This document shows, one piece after another, positions 12,814-25,759 of a stretch of DNA of 64,000 bases. The translations under genes and the position numbers were made by a program. This DNA comes from Vitrella brassicaformis CCMP3155. Lineage: Eukaryota; Protista; Chromerida. The notes beneath the pieces were generated by a model, which saw nothing but the letters and a program-made list of their open reading frames with translations, had not been told where the DNA came from and made no database searches. How positions within the stretch are numbered: position 1 is the stretch's first letter; each line of letters starts with the position of its first letter. The DNA is taken from positions 248,001-312,000 of the forward strand of contig CDMY01000520.1 of NCBI GenBank assembly GCA_001179505.1. The letters run 5' to 3'.

Positions 12814-13169
12814 TGGCCGGCCCATGTGTGTGTGTGTGTGTGTGGATGTGCAAAGGGAGGGGCGCACTGACTGTGTTGTCGATAGGTCTTTTTCAGTATA
12901 ACACACACCACACTTGTGTGTTCGTGTGTGTGATGTCGTCTGCGTCTGTGCACTGCAGTGAATGCATTGCCACACACTCATTGGTCGGGGGCGTTATAAT
13001 ATATTTGTCACGCGTCGCGGTTTTGGATTGCTGGCTGCACGCCACGCCCTGTTTGTTGTGGCTCGTCTGTGCGTCTGTGCGTCTGTGCATCGCACCGGCA
13101 CCTGGCATGATTGAGGTGCTTGTGTGTACTTCTGTGTGCTCGTTCATGTGCCCATTGGTCACATATATC

Positions 13170-16100
13170 ACAGTTTTGTGTCAACGACGTGTCCGTGTGT
13201 CTGTCTGTCTGTCTGTCTCTGTCAACGATGAGGCCAACAAATACACCCCAGGCAGGTCAACTACACATGGACCTCTACACACACCGACCATGTCGGTCGG
13301 TCGGTCAGTCAGTCTTCGGTCGACGAGTAGACGGATGCGGGAACGCTGCTGTACTGCAGCCGACGCAAAATGCCTCGAGCCAACTCGGCCTGCACCGACA
13401 CACACAGCCCAGCCACACAGAGACGGCATACGATACACCCATGTGCTGTGCGGGAGCATCTTGCGTGTGGCATTCATTCATTGTGCGCTGGCTGACATTG
13501 ACAACGCTGGCCATCTCGCCCCTCGAAAGGCCGTGCAGCAGACTCATCAAATTCTCCCTGTGGATACCATCCACACAAACAGACCGACTGACTTGCCATC
13601 GATTCATCCATTCTGCTGGTGTGGGTGTGGGTGTGTGTGGACTTACTTGGATAGGAGTGCGTGTCTGTCCTCAGGCGATAGCTCCCCAGCGTGCTCCAGC
13701 AGGGCCCGCAGTAACCGCAGCAGACGGCCCTGAGCTGCACTTAACAAACCACACACCATGAATAGGCACAGAGCAAAGAATATATAGGCACTTTAGAACC
13801 ATCGTGATTGATGGTATGCACTGCACTCACCTTCTGCGTTGCCCTCATCGAGCGTCTTGCCTGCAGTGGTGGGCGGGGTGGATCGTGCAAACACAGACAG
13901 GGAGCCCAGCCCGAATTAATTACCGCTTGAGGACGACCTGAAATCATCACTCCCACACTTACAAAACTGATGTAGGAAGTCGTGGCTCTTGAGGATGGCG
14001 TCGCGCATGGCACTCGAATGCGTTATCAACTGACATACACCACACCACACCCCACACCCCACACATAATCACGCCCTCCGGTGGCCTGGCTCGGTCTCAC
14101 CCGTCCGGTCGAGTCGACGAGCTTGACGAATGAGCTCCTGCATGCCAGCTTCTGCCAGGCCACGCACAGGTTGGCCACCAGCTGCTCCTTGTGTGCCACC
14201 AGCAACTCCTCAAATGGGTCAGTCGACCACAGCGACGCTACATCGGCCGACGACTCCCCCTCACCACCTTCACTGTGGTCAAACGAGGCTGCCGCACTCA
14301 ACCTGACACACACACATGAACACACCAAGACACATACCGATGGTCAACACACTCGTCTGCTGCAGGGGGGGATGGTGTGTGTGTGTGTGTGGTTCCTTAC
14401 GGCTGGTGCATTGGGACGAGTGCCTCGAGAGCCACGTGTCGCAGGTCGAGCAGTGGCTCGCCCTCGAGGTCGCCGAGTCTGTCGATGAAGAAGGGCACCC
14501 CGCCGTCCTCCTTGACCTTGTGTCGTGTGATGGAAGACGCCTGTGAGAGGATGCCCAGCCCCTCCAGGGCTTTCGCGCGGAAGTCGTCTGACCAGGGGGA
14601 GGACGGCCGGGGGTCCTGCACGATGCGGATCATCAAGGGCACGATGCCCGCTAGGGCCGCCTGCTCCTGAAAAACATATAGACAGACAGACAGACAGACA
14701 GGCACACGCAGAGAGGGAGAGGCGGAGGGGTGATGCGTGTCAACAGGGAGGTAGGGCGGTCGGTTAGCTTACTTGTCTGGGTTTTGAGACTTTGGATAAG
14801 ATATGGATGTTCCACACGATCTCCTGACGAACCAACTGCATTGCATTCATTGCCGCCACACAGTCGCAGACAGGGAACAATGAGATTGATAGACTGTGTG
14901 TGCGCATTCACGATGCTTTCAGTGGTCTGGTTGCCCTCGGTCTCCTCCCTCAGCAGCAGATGCACCAGACGCTCCACCATACCTGCACGACCATCGCACA
15001 GACAGGTGCATCATCCATCCATCCATCCGACTTTTCTCTTATCCAGCCGACCGACCCTCGTTCTCGAAAATGTTGCCGAATGAGCCCTCGCTCGCAAGGC
15101 CGTGGAAACATCTTCAGGACCAATCGATGCACATCCACACACAAACAGGACAGGAAGGGCGCCTACGTTCTTGCTCCCTCGCTCCCTCACTCACTTGAGT
15201 ACTTTCAGCTTGGCCTCGGTGCCCAGGATGTCCAGGCATGACGACAGGGCTGACAGACACACACACACACACAAGCACAGATATGGAGAGATGTAGAGAG
15301 AGTGACAGACTCAATAAATGGGATGGGATGCTGCTGCGCTGCGCTGCGCTGCGTCGGGCACGGTACCGTCGATGACGAATCTGAGCTGTTCGTAGTCGTC
15401 TTTGGGTATCCACACCTTGACGAACGACGAACTCGAAAACAGACACTCCAACGCATCCAAGACCCTACACACATCCATCCATCCATCCATCAATCCATCA
15501 TTGGTCGGTCTGTATGTGGCCATATTGAGGCGCATACATACTTGTCAAGCCGTGACCTGGCCTGCTTCCTTCCCGAAGCGGCCAGGTCAGCCAGGTCAGC
15601 GGCGAGGAAGTCGATGGACTCCACCAGCGCACGCACGCCGTACTTGCATGCGAACAGGCGGCAGAAGTCGTTCCTGAGGACGTTGTTGTGCACCATGGCG
15701 TCCACGACATCGATGCCCACATGGACTAGGTCTTCGTCTTCGTAGTAGTTGGACCGGATCAAGTTCACCTGCACACACACCCACACTCGGTGTGTGGGTG
15801 TGGGTGTGGGAGGGCATCATCCATCGCATGGTCCCGCCCCACCTACCACGGCGTCCGAGAACTGGTCGAGGCACTGCGTGGGGATCCTGGTGCGGCTCAG
15901 GTGCTCCATGAAACGACCCGCCTCCAACCTACACACCATGCGCCACACACCGTCAGTCAGCATCAGCAAGGCAAGACTACCAGCATCACCTGATTCGCGC
16001 GTCGTACGCCGCGTGTGTGAAGCGGAGTGCCTGCGCCACCAGACCAGGGCTCAGCAGACTCTCGGCATGCTCACGCAACGACGACTTGCAGAACAACTGC

Positions 16101-19100
16101 ACCATCCACACACACAGCGAGAGATCCCTGCTTGGCACCCCACCCCTCCCATGTGCCTGTCTGCAAACGGCTATATGTTTGTTAGGGTCGGTACGTGGTT
16201 GATGAGCTGCAGGACGGCCGCCGTCACCTCGGGGTCGTTGAGGTGGAGGGACTCTGCGTAGACGACCGACCGGCCGATTGGTTGAATGGCGTGCCGCGCG
16301 TGTGGATATGTGTGTGTGTTTCTCTCTTACTTACCAATGCAGTGTACTGTGCCCTGTGAGGCCACCTTCTGCGCCAAAGTGTCGTCCCTCATCGTCTCGG
16401 CAAACACACTCACCTGCACACATGAATGACTCAGCACAGACATTGTTCATTCGTGGAGCCCACGGCATTCTCTCCCTCCCTCCCGCGTGTGTCCATGCAT
16501 GCACCCACCCACACACCAGTTTGGTCTTGGCCTCATGGCCCGACGGATGCGCGAAGGGCAGCGGATGGATGGAACGCAGCTGAAGCCACATGCACCCCAC
16601 ACACCAAACCAACAAATATGCACCGCACCCTCCCAGCGTCCGTCCTCCCCTCTCCTCCCTGTATCATCCATCTCACCTGCGCCAGTGCACTCGCGATCTC
16701 TTCCAAATACTGCGACCCTGCCGTGTTGGTCGCATCCAGCCTCTCCATCGAGAACGATGTCTGGAGGCCGCTGATGCTGACCACCCTCTCAGGGGCATGC
16801 GCATGCATCATCATGTCGGGCGGTGGCTGCATGGGCGTCAGGTCAGCAGTGAAATCGATGATTGGCGCGCTGGGGGACGGCTGTGGCGGGGGAAGCGGCG
16901 CTGGCACGTGCGCCGGCTGCCATACACAGACAGACAGACAGACAGAGAGAAGAACGAATGAGCCTTCCTCCATCAATGGTCGCTGCGCTGCACATCCCCT
17001 GCATCCAGGCGATGCAAGTATGGCCATCTGTCAATGAGTGTCTTACCCACCCAGAATCCGGGCGGCATGGTCGAGTGCGGTGGGCTGGTAATGATGACAC
17101 CATCTGCAGGGGGGCCCGCAGCGGCCAGCATCACGCCCTCAGATGGGTAGGACGGCCGGGAGGCCAGCGGCGCACCGTCCCCTGGGTGCAGAGGGGGTGG
17201 AACCGACGCAGCCATCGCCGCGGGCGGGCCCGAGCCCACACCAACACCCTCACGACCGTACAGCCTACCGCACACACACACACACACAACGGATGGATGG
17301 GCCAGCGGCACTGTTCTCTTTTCTCTCTCTCCCACACGCACCTGTCATCCGCCTGTGCAGGCTCGAGCATGCTCTCCCCACTGGCACCCTCCACCCAGGG
17401 GAACGGGGGAGCCTCAGCTGCTGCTGCTGCTGCTGCTGCTGAGGCCGCCATGAGGGGTCCGGGTGGCCCATGATGGAATGGCGGCAGTGGCAGGCCAGTG
17501 GGTGTGGCGGATGACATCTGCGGCGACGAGAGGTGTGTCGGGGGGCGGGGGATAGCAGCAGCAGGGAGGGGGAGCGAGGCGAGGAGCTGGGAGGGGTCGT
17601 CGATCGACTGCAGGTGCCGCGCCACGCTGCCCTCCTCTGTCACGACACCACACACATCAGACCACACGACTCTTACTTACACGGATCCGGATGTGGTGTG
17701 TTTGTGTGTGTGTGTGTGTGTGTGGCTATCACCTTTCTCGACCTGCTCGAGCGACTCTTCTTCTGGTGATTCGGACGGCTTGCCTGGCCGACAGACACCA
17801 GAGCAATCCACACATGCCTCCCCTTCCCTCCCTGGCTCGCTGCATTCCTCGGTGTTGGTGACCTGGTAGGATGCCGGGTGGGCCTTCTACGGTGAGGTCT
17901 GAGAAGTCCTGATCGTGGTCGTGCTCGTCCTCCTCGTGTATGTGTGGCACGTGATGCCCCTTGTGCATGGGCAAAGGGTGGCTGGGCGGCTGGGGGAGCA
18001 GCGACGGACCGTCTGTCGTCAAAGTCTGTGTCTGCACCCAGCACCACACCACACCACAGCACAGCACACACATGACATGTGGAAGCGTATGTGGTGGTCG
18101 TCACTCACCACCTGCAGGCCCTGCTTGGAGAAGTGCCGGATCCACTCGTGCCTGCAGCGATGGATGGACACCAACGCACGCACGCCGCCGATGCTTCTCG
18201 GCTGCTGGCGTGTGTCAGACTGACTCAGTGACCCACTCACTCCATGAGTTCTGCGGCGGTGATTCTCTTCTCAGGGTTCTTCTCAAAACACGCCATCAGG
18301 AAACTCTGCAGCTCCTGCACACACACACACCACAGAAGGGACCAAGCCATTCCCGCAGAGTTGACCCACCGACGACTCACCGGCGATATGTCGTGTGGGA
18401 GGGGCGGGCGGGGGTCCTGAACGATGCGGAACAGCGCCGGCATGGCTGACAGACAGGGCAGGGGAGGAAACACACACACACACACACACCTCTTTGTTGA
18501 TGGTGTTTTGCGCGTGTGCGCGTGGAATACGTGCTAGGTCGAAGTAGGGCGGCTTGCCCGTCAGCATCTCGATCACCGTGCACCCAACGCTCCTACGCAC
18601 ACCACACCGACAGACAAACAGACAGAGATGTGTGCTTTCATTGGGTTCCCTTCCCCATCCCCTGGCCGTCTGTCTGGTCACCATACCATATGTCGCATGC
18701 CGTGCTGGTGACGTGCATCTCAATGATCTCGGGGGCCACTGCAGGTATACAGGCACACAGCAACGTGCAAGGCAAGCAAGAACATCCAGCCCTCCCTCCG
18801 TCCTCAGTCCCTCCCTCCTTCTATCTATCTCCTCACTCACTCCAGTACGGTGTGCCCACGACTGAGCTGGTCTTCTCCGCCTCGCTCAGACTGCGGGCCA
18901 CACCTGAGTTGAGTGAGGTCATGCACCCAAAAAAAAGGAGCCAGCCAGCCATCAGTACTGGCCCTATACTCGGTGGCTGGTTGTGTGTGGTTGTGATATA
19001 TACCGAAGTCTGCCAGCTTGACGATGCCCCTCTTGGTCGTGAGGATGTTGGCACCCTACACACACGATAGATTTGCGCCAAGATAGGAATGACAAGAGCG

Positions 19101-19901
19101 TGTTTTCAGCTCGCTCACTTTGATATCTCGGTGGACCACTCCCTGCTCGTGAAGATAGCGCATCCCGCGCAACACCTGGCTGACATGAAGGCAAGCAAAG
19201 GATGTTGAGAGGGAGGTGGCTTGCCTGGCTGGCCTGGCCTGACTAGGTTAGGTACCTGTGAGGTGTAAATGGCCGCGAGGGTCTCCATGAAGCTGCCGTA
19301 CTTTTTGATGATGCTGGCCAGAGACCCGCTCTCCACATACCTGACCACAGGCCACACACAAGGGATGGAGGGAGGGAGTCAGGCAGAGAGATCCCATCCC
19401 ATACACCGCCTCCCTCCCTCCCTCCCTCCCTCCCTGCCTCCCTGTCTGCTGCGGTACTGCCACTCGCACTCGGAGCTCACTCGAGGACGATGTAAAGAAA
19501 GGTGCCGTCGGTGAGTGAGTCGTGATACTTGACGATGTTGCGGTGGTTCAAACGACGCAGCAAACTGATCTCCATCTGATGCATGATGCACATACATAAA
19601 TATGCCCGAGGGCAGGCAGGCACGCATGACAGCGTGCCGTTGACTGACTCCCTTACCCGCAGTGAGTCGAGTTTTTCCTTGGACAGGTTGTGTGTGGGCA
19701 CCTGCTTGACCGCCACAAACTCCCCCGTCTTGGTGTCCAATGCCTTAAACACTACCCCGAAGCCACCCTTGCCAATCGCCTCGCCCAGTTGCTGCATGAA
19801 CACCACAGACAGGCAGACAGAAACTGGGGATGAATGAATGCATGAAGTGTACTCCTGGCGTCTGCGATGCTCACGTATCGGCCAATCTTGATGCTCGACA
19901 T
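13170..19901 (-). CDS. STE-group kinase of the Cdc15/Cdc7/SepH/MAP3K-epsilon type: N-terminal kinase domain plus C-terminal ARM-like region; many exons
   Basis: Spliced MSSIKIGRY|QLGEAIGKGGFGVVF, VAVKQ, HRDIK|GANILTTKRGIVKLADFG, GTPYW|MAPE, PALFRIVQD. C-terminal VLRNDFCRLFACK and EQAALAGIVPLM resemble Cdc7/MAP3K-epsilon repeats. The 3' end is approximate. Confidence 0.85.
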
Positions 19902-20042
19902 CCTCTGCTTCGCTGCTCGGGGCTCGGTGTCACTCTCAGGCCCCCAGGAAGATCTGTTTTGAAATTCCTCACTCTCGCTGTCGAAGAGGCATTACACGAG
20001 CATCCTGAATGGCTCTGGGAGGGGGATGGCTCAGGGAATCAC

Positions 20043-20068
20043 AGCTCGCGATCCGCTTCAAGCTCGCG
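20043..20068 (+). promoter_or_regulatory. Two AGCTCGCG copies in the 208-nt kinase/SPP divergent spacer
   Basis: AGCTCGCG at 20043-20050 and 20061-20068; the second ends 41 nt before the SPP ATG. Confidence 0.5.
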
Positions 20069-20109
20069 GGGAAAGGCGGAGGGGAAGAAGAGGCTGCTGG
20101 TTTGTGTGA

Positions 20110-23100
20110 ATGAAGATGGTGGACTCCTGTTTCTGGCGCGTGGTGGGTATGAAGGCCTCATTGGTGTGGGGAGTGGTTGCTGTATTGGTGCTGGAGGGGT
20201 GCAGGGCAGCCATGCAGATGCAGGCAGCATCAGATTGGAGGCGGAGAGCACCGCGTCATCATGCATTCCTCAGACCGATGCACAGGTGAGATGGAATGGA
20301 TGCATCTTCAATGGATCATCGAGATCATGTCACGCATCTGTCGCAACGTCTGTCTATCTGTATGTCTACTGCTGTGCTGTGCTGTGTGTGCAGAGGTTTT
20401 GGGCAGCCCATGCGACCATTACGTGGCGCGAGGCTGCGGCGGCATCCCTCTCCCTCCCCCTCTCATGGTTACTTGGTAGCTCCTTGCTCCATCACCATGC
20501 AGTCAGCCACCGTCGTGGCACCCGACACACAGGTTGGCAGCAGACAGACAGACAGACCCTGTGGATCGGATCATTGTTTGTGTGATGTGTGTGTGGTTAT
20601 CGGTGGTTACGTGTGGTGTCAGGTGATACGTGCGACAGAGGATGCCAACTCCGCAGAGGGTCACTTGAGGGAAAACTGGCTCAAGACACCCCTGCCGTTC
20701 AACCCCAAGGTCAAGTCAACATGGCACATGGCACACATCACATCACATCCACACACGTCAACTCAACACGGACGCAGCGCACGCCCCGGAGGGAATCCAT
20801 GCATTGCATTGCATTGCATTGCCTGCCTCCATTCATTGATTCCTTCATCAGATTCGCCGCGGTCAGCTGGCCAACGGTCTCAAGTACATCGTGATGCCCC
20901 ACGGCTACCCTCCAGGGCGGTTCGAGGCCTATCTGGAGGTCCATGCCGGCAGCGCAGACGAGCTCGAATCGCAGCAGGGCATGGCACACCTATGCGAACA
21001 CATCGCATACATGGGCAGCACGTAAGACAAGACAGACAAGACGCCACAATGGCAGATCATACAAACCACACCATGCACTGCAATGCACACCACACACGTC
21101 GCTCCCTCTCTCTCCTTGTCGCTCTTCAGGAAGCGTGAGGCCATTTTGCGCAAGACGGTCAACACCAACGCCTACACGGATTTCCACCATACGGTCTTCT
21201 TCGCGTCTTGCCCCGTGGTGGATGAGGAGCTCAACCTCTACGGCCTTAAAGGCAAGCAGATGGTGTCCATGATGCCCAAGGCACTGGAGGCACTGTATGA
21301 CGTCCTCGAGGGACCCACACAGTTCAGCGACAAGCGGGTCAACAAGGAGAGGAACGCCGTCCTCTCGGAGGCCTCCATGGTCAACACCGTCGAATACAGG
21401 TGAGGTGACCGACTGACTGGATGGATGGATGGATGGATGGGTGGATGGGAGGAGGATGCGCGTGGTGTTTTTTTCCACGTGTTCATGTCTGTGTGGTGGC
21501 GGTGGTGGTACTGTCTCAGGCACGAGTGCCAGACGTTGTCTGTGCTGCATCGGGAGAACAGGTTGGCTCAGCGGTTCCCCATCGGCCAGCTGGACCTCAT
21601 CCGCAAGTGGACCACCCCAGAGGTCAAGGAGTTCCACGGCACACACTACCGGCCAGACAACGCGTGTGTCTACCTGGTCGGGGACGTCAATGCTGACGAG
21701 GCCGAGGCGGCCATCCATCACGTCTTCTCGCGGCTCGAGAAGCCCTTCCGCGAAGACCAGCGGCCGGTCTACAAGGACCTCTACACCAACACACTCAAGG
21801 AGCAGTCGCTCTCCTTCCCTCCAATACACCACCAGTGGCAATGGGCCACCCTCGTCGAGGGCGGGTGGAACAACACAGAGGCCACTGGTGGCACCGCGGC
21901 AGTGTCGGGCACTCAGGGGGGGCTGTTCGCCATGAAGGAGGGGGGCGTGTCAGTGGACTCGCCGTCGATATGGCAGCACGAGCTGCTGCAGAGCGTGTCG
22001 CTGTGTCTGATGGTCAAGAAGCCCATCGAGCCGCTGAGGACACTCAGGGACTACCAGCGGCAGATGCTGAGGAGGGTGGTGCTGCACGCGCTCTCCTCGA
22101 GGCTCACCATATTCGGCAGGTGCGACCGACATACACTCATATATGCTGTTGTGTGGATGGATGGCTGGCTGCAGAGGCCGAGGTTTGTTCCAGTATGTGG
22201 AGCTGAGCGAGGCCGACTCGGTGCGCGAGGCGTGCAGGGTGTGCGCCCTCGACATTCAGACCGACGCCGAGTCATGGGACGAGGCCGTCAAGGTCGCCGT
22301 CCAAGAGGTACGTCACCCCCACACACAAACGCCCTCATACCCACACTCATCCGTCTGAGTGTGTTGTGCCCACCCCACCCCACTCAGGTGCGTCGGATGG
22401 GCCTGTACGGCGTGACGGCGATGGAGCTCGAGTCGGTCAAAAATGCCTACATGGCCGAGCTGCAGCGGCTCCACGCCGACCGAGTGCTGTCGACCGACCT
22501 GGTCAAGGCCATCATGGAGAACGCCGCGTGCGGCCACGCCATGATGGACCTCGAGCAGGAGAAGATCATCGGCAGCACTCTGCTGCAGACCGCCACACTC
22601 GAGGAGGTCAACCGGGAGGCACAGGAGATCTGCGACTGGCTCATCGCCTACAACGACCCTGAGATGCCCGCACCATCCGGCGTCATTGCGTGCTTCCCCA
22701 TGACCTACCGCGACAGGGAGGCCAAGGCTGAAAAGCCGCTGCAAGTGACGCAGCAGGACATCCTGAACGTGCTGCAGCGAGCGGCCGACGCTGAGGTGCA
22801 CCCCATCTCAGAGGAGGGGCAGGCGCCCGACCGTCTGTTCAGCCAGGAGAGGATCGAAGAGATCAGCCGCGCCAACCCTCCCTCGTTCAAGCCGCTCGAC
22901 CTTCCCAACGAGACGGACCTCGACACATACCTCAACGACAACGGCAGGCTCTACAAGGATGACGCGCTCGGCCTCAGGCTGCGGCAGCTCTCTAACGGCA
23001 TCAAGGTCAACATCAAGCAGGCCGCCATCGAGCGCAAGAGCGCCACGCTGCGTGTGCTCATCCCTGGCGGCAAGATGGCCGAGATCCCTGAGAACGGGGT

Positions 23101-25095
23101 GATTGCTGGGGGCATATCGATGGGGGCGCGGACGGTGATGGAGGGCGGGGCGTTTGGGAACCTGACTCGCGAGCAGGTGGAGATGTACTGCAACCAAAAC
23201 CTGGTGGGGGTCTTCATCGAGTGCACCGACGAGTTCCTCACCATGGACTTCCTCGTGCCCACCACTGCTATCACACCGGTAGGTACCCCCACGGCACGCA
23301 CACAGCCACGACCACCATGATCATTCTGTCGCCTGTTCTCTTGGCCAGGACGGTGTGACGGGTCTCGAGTCGGCCTTCCAGATCCTGCACGCCATCCTGA
23401 CCGACTTCAAGTTCGAGGACGACGCGCTGGCTCGCGCCAAGGGGCACTTCATCACCGAGTACGACCACTACCACCGCGACTTGGGGGCGAGGTCGGTTGG
23501 CGACCTCATCCGGCGAATGGCGTCTGACGACAGGCGGTTGCAGTACAGCACACCAGAGGAGATACGCAAGATGACACTGCCCCAGATACAGGCGGCTATC
23601 AAGTCACAGCTCACCACGGACAACATTGAGGTGGGCGACAGGGCGGGAGACGGCGGATGTGTCCATGTGCCTTGGTGCATGTGGTGTGTGTGTGTGTGTG
23701 TGAGTGAGTGAGTGCAGGTGAGCATGGTGGGTGACTTTTCCATCGACGAGATAGAGCGCCTGACGCTCACCTACCTCGGCACGGTCCCGCCGTCACAACA
23801 GGACAGCCAACACCCCATCAGGAATATACCATTCAACTTCGACCAGTGAGTGAGACCCATCCAGACACAGAGGGCGACAAGGCCATTCATTCACACCGAT
23901 TCATTCGTGAATGCATGTGTGGGTCATTCAGGCCGAAGGACAAGCGTCAGGTCGATGTGCACGTGCTGGACAGCGACCAGAGGGCACTGGTGCATCTGGC
24001 GGGCTTTGGACCCAACCGATGGGGATTCCTTCCAGATGGCGCACACGTCAACGACAAAATGTATGGGCACCGCCCCCACACACAGGGGCCACAGAACACA
24101 GAGAGAGAGACACCGCACGCCACACACCACACTGCATGGGATGTCTTTCATCTATCTATCAGTGCCAAGAGGTCCGTTCCAGGCGGCAATCTGCTTTTGT
24201 TGATCCAGCGCCCCGGCAGCGACAAGCCGTCCCGCCGCGACCACCCGGCCTTCGCGAGAGTGGCCCTGTCGATGCTCCAGGACATCATCAACAAGCGCAT
24301 GTTCTCATCGGTGAGCACACCACCCACACAAATGGGGAGAGGAGGACCTGCATGTGTCTTGCTGTGTGTGTGTGTGTATGGTGTCAGTTAAGAGAGGAGA
24401 AGCATCTGACGTATGACGCGTCGTTCGAGTTCATGAGCTACGAGTATCTGCCTGGGGGCTTCTACATGGTTACGGTGCACACCAACCCCACCATGGCCCA
24501 ACACGTCCTCAGGGAAGCGCACGCATCAGTCGAGGAACTCAAGTGCGCATCCCACGACACACACACACACACACACACACAGACCCTTCAATCACCTTGT
24601 TTGGTGCTGTGTGTGGCATATGCAGGGGCATGCGTCGCATCCAGTCGTTCCAGGTCGAGAATGCACGTCGTCAGTTCATCCACCGGTTCGAGCAGAACAT
24701 GCAGAATGCCCGCAACTGGCTCGACAACCTCTCGGGCCTGCAGCTGCAACAGCTCCCACTCAAGACCACCGCATTCATTCGAGACGCACCAAAGGTCGCC
24801 ACCACCGTCCAGGCCGAAGACCTGCAGGCCATGTGAGCAATCCACTGACCCCTCGCGCACACACAGCGCAGCACGCGTGCACATGTGTCCTGCTGTCTGT
24901 CCGTCTGTGTGTCTATCTGTGTGCAGGTGGGAGGCGCTATGGGGCAACGGTGAGCATGTTTGGCGTGGTGTGGGCATCAGCGGTCCGGTGCCGACAAAGG
25001 ATGAGGAGGCGAAGGAGCCCCAGGACATGCAGCTGGCACTCACGGCACCCAAGACCAGCATGGGCAGGAGAGGGTCCACCGTAATGGTCGACTAA
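20110..25095 (+). CDS. SPP: Plastid stromal processing peptidase (M16 metallopeptidase) with a bipartite signal/transit leader; many exons
   Basis: GQLANGLKYIVMP, EAYLEVHAGSADE, inverted zinc motif HLCEH, NAYTDFHHTVF, HYRPDN and a second-half LSNGIKVN. Leader MKMVDSCFWRVVGMKASLVWGVVAVLVLEGCRAA is followed by an Arg-rich segment, joined in frame across a GT-AG intron. Confidence 0.9.
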
Positions 25096-25522
25096 CGCTC
25101 ATAGCGATGATATGCATTCATGCGTTGCATGAGTTTTTTGTCGCTGTGTATGCGACTGTGTGTCTGAGTGAGTGTGACTGTGTGTGTACGGCCCTGTTGG
25201 TTTGTGGATGCGTCGATAAGCCATCAGGCCATCTACTGCCGGTCTCTCTCTGTCTGTGTGTGCGACGATGAGTGCCAATCGGTGATATGAAACCTCACAC
25301 CCATCATCCATTAACTTCTAGTGGGACAGTTGAAACATGCAACCACACCACACTTGAAGGTCCAATGATCAAGCCAGTCTCTCACTACACACAGGCAACA
25401 CGCGCGGGGGCGACCACTGAGGAGACGGTCTGACATCGTGTGACTGCCTCGCTGCTTCGACATCTGTTGCTGAGAGGTTAAGATGGCCATACTTTGCTAA
25501 GGAAATAAATCGCTAAATCTCT

Positions 25523-25530
25523 TGCGAGCT
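25523..25530 (-). promoter_or_regulatory. Candidate promoter motif AGCTCGCA upstream of family copy 1
   Basis: TGCGAGCT about 230 nt upstream of ATG 25760. Confidence 0.4.
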
Positions 25531-25759
25531 AGAAATGGGGGGGCGGCCAGTGCCAGTGGGGCCATTCTCCCTTCAGTCCAAGTGTACGCTATTCGACCTG
25601 CTTCTGAGCTACGTTCCGGCAGATCCCAGGGGCAGATCAAGACCTCACACGGTACGAGCAAACAGATATGCCAGAAAGACAGCATAGATCTCTCCATCTG
25701 TCCATCCATCCGCCCATGTGGTCCTTGGTGTGGTCCAGGTGCAACTTTGAAACGAGAGT

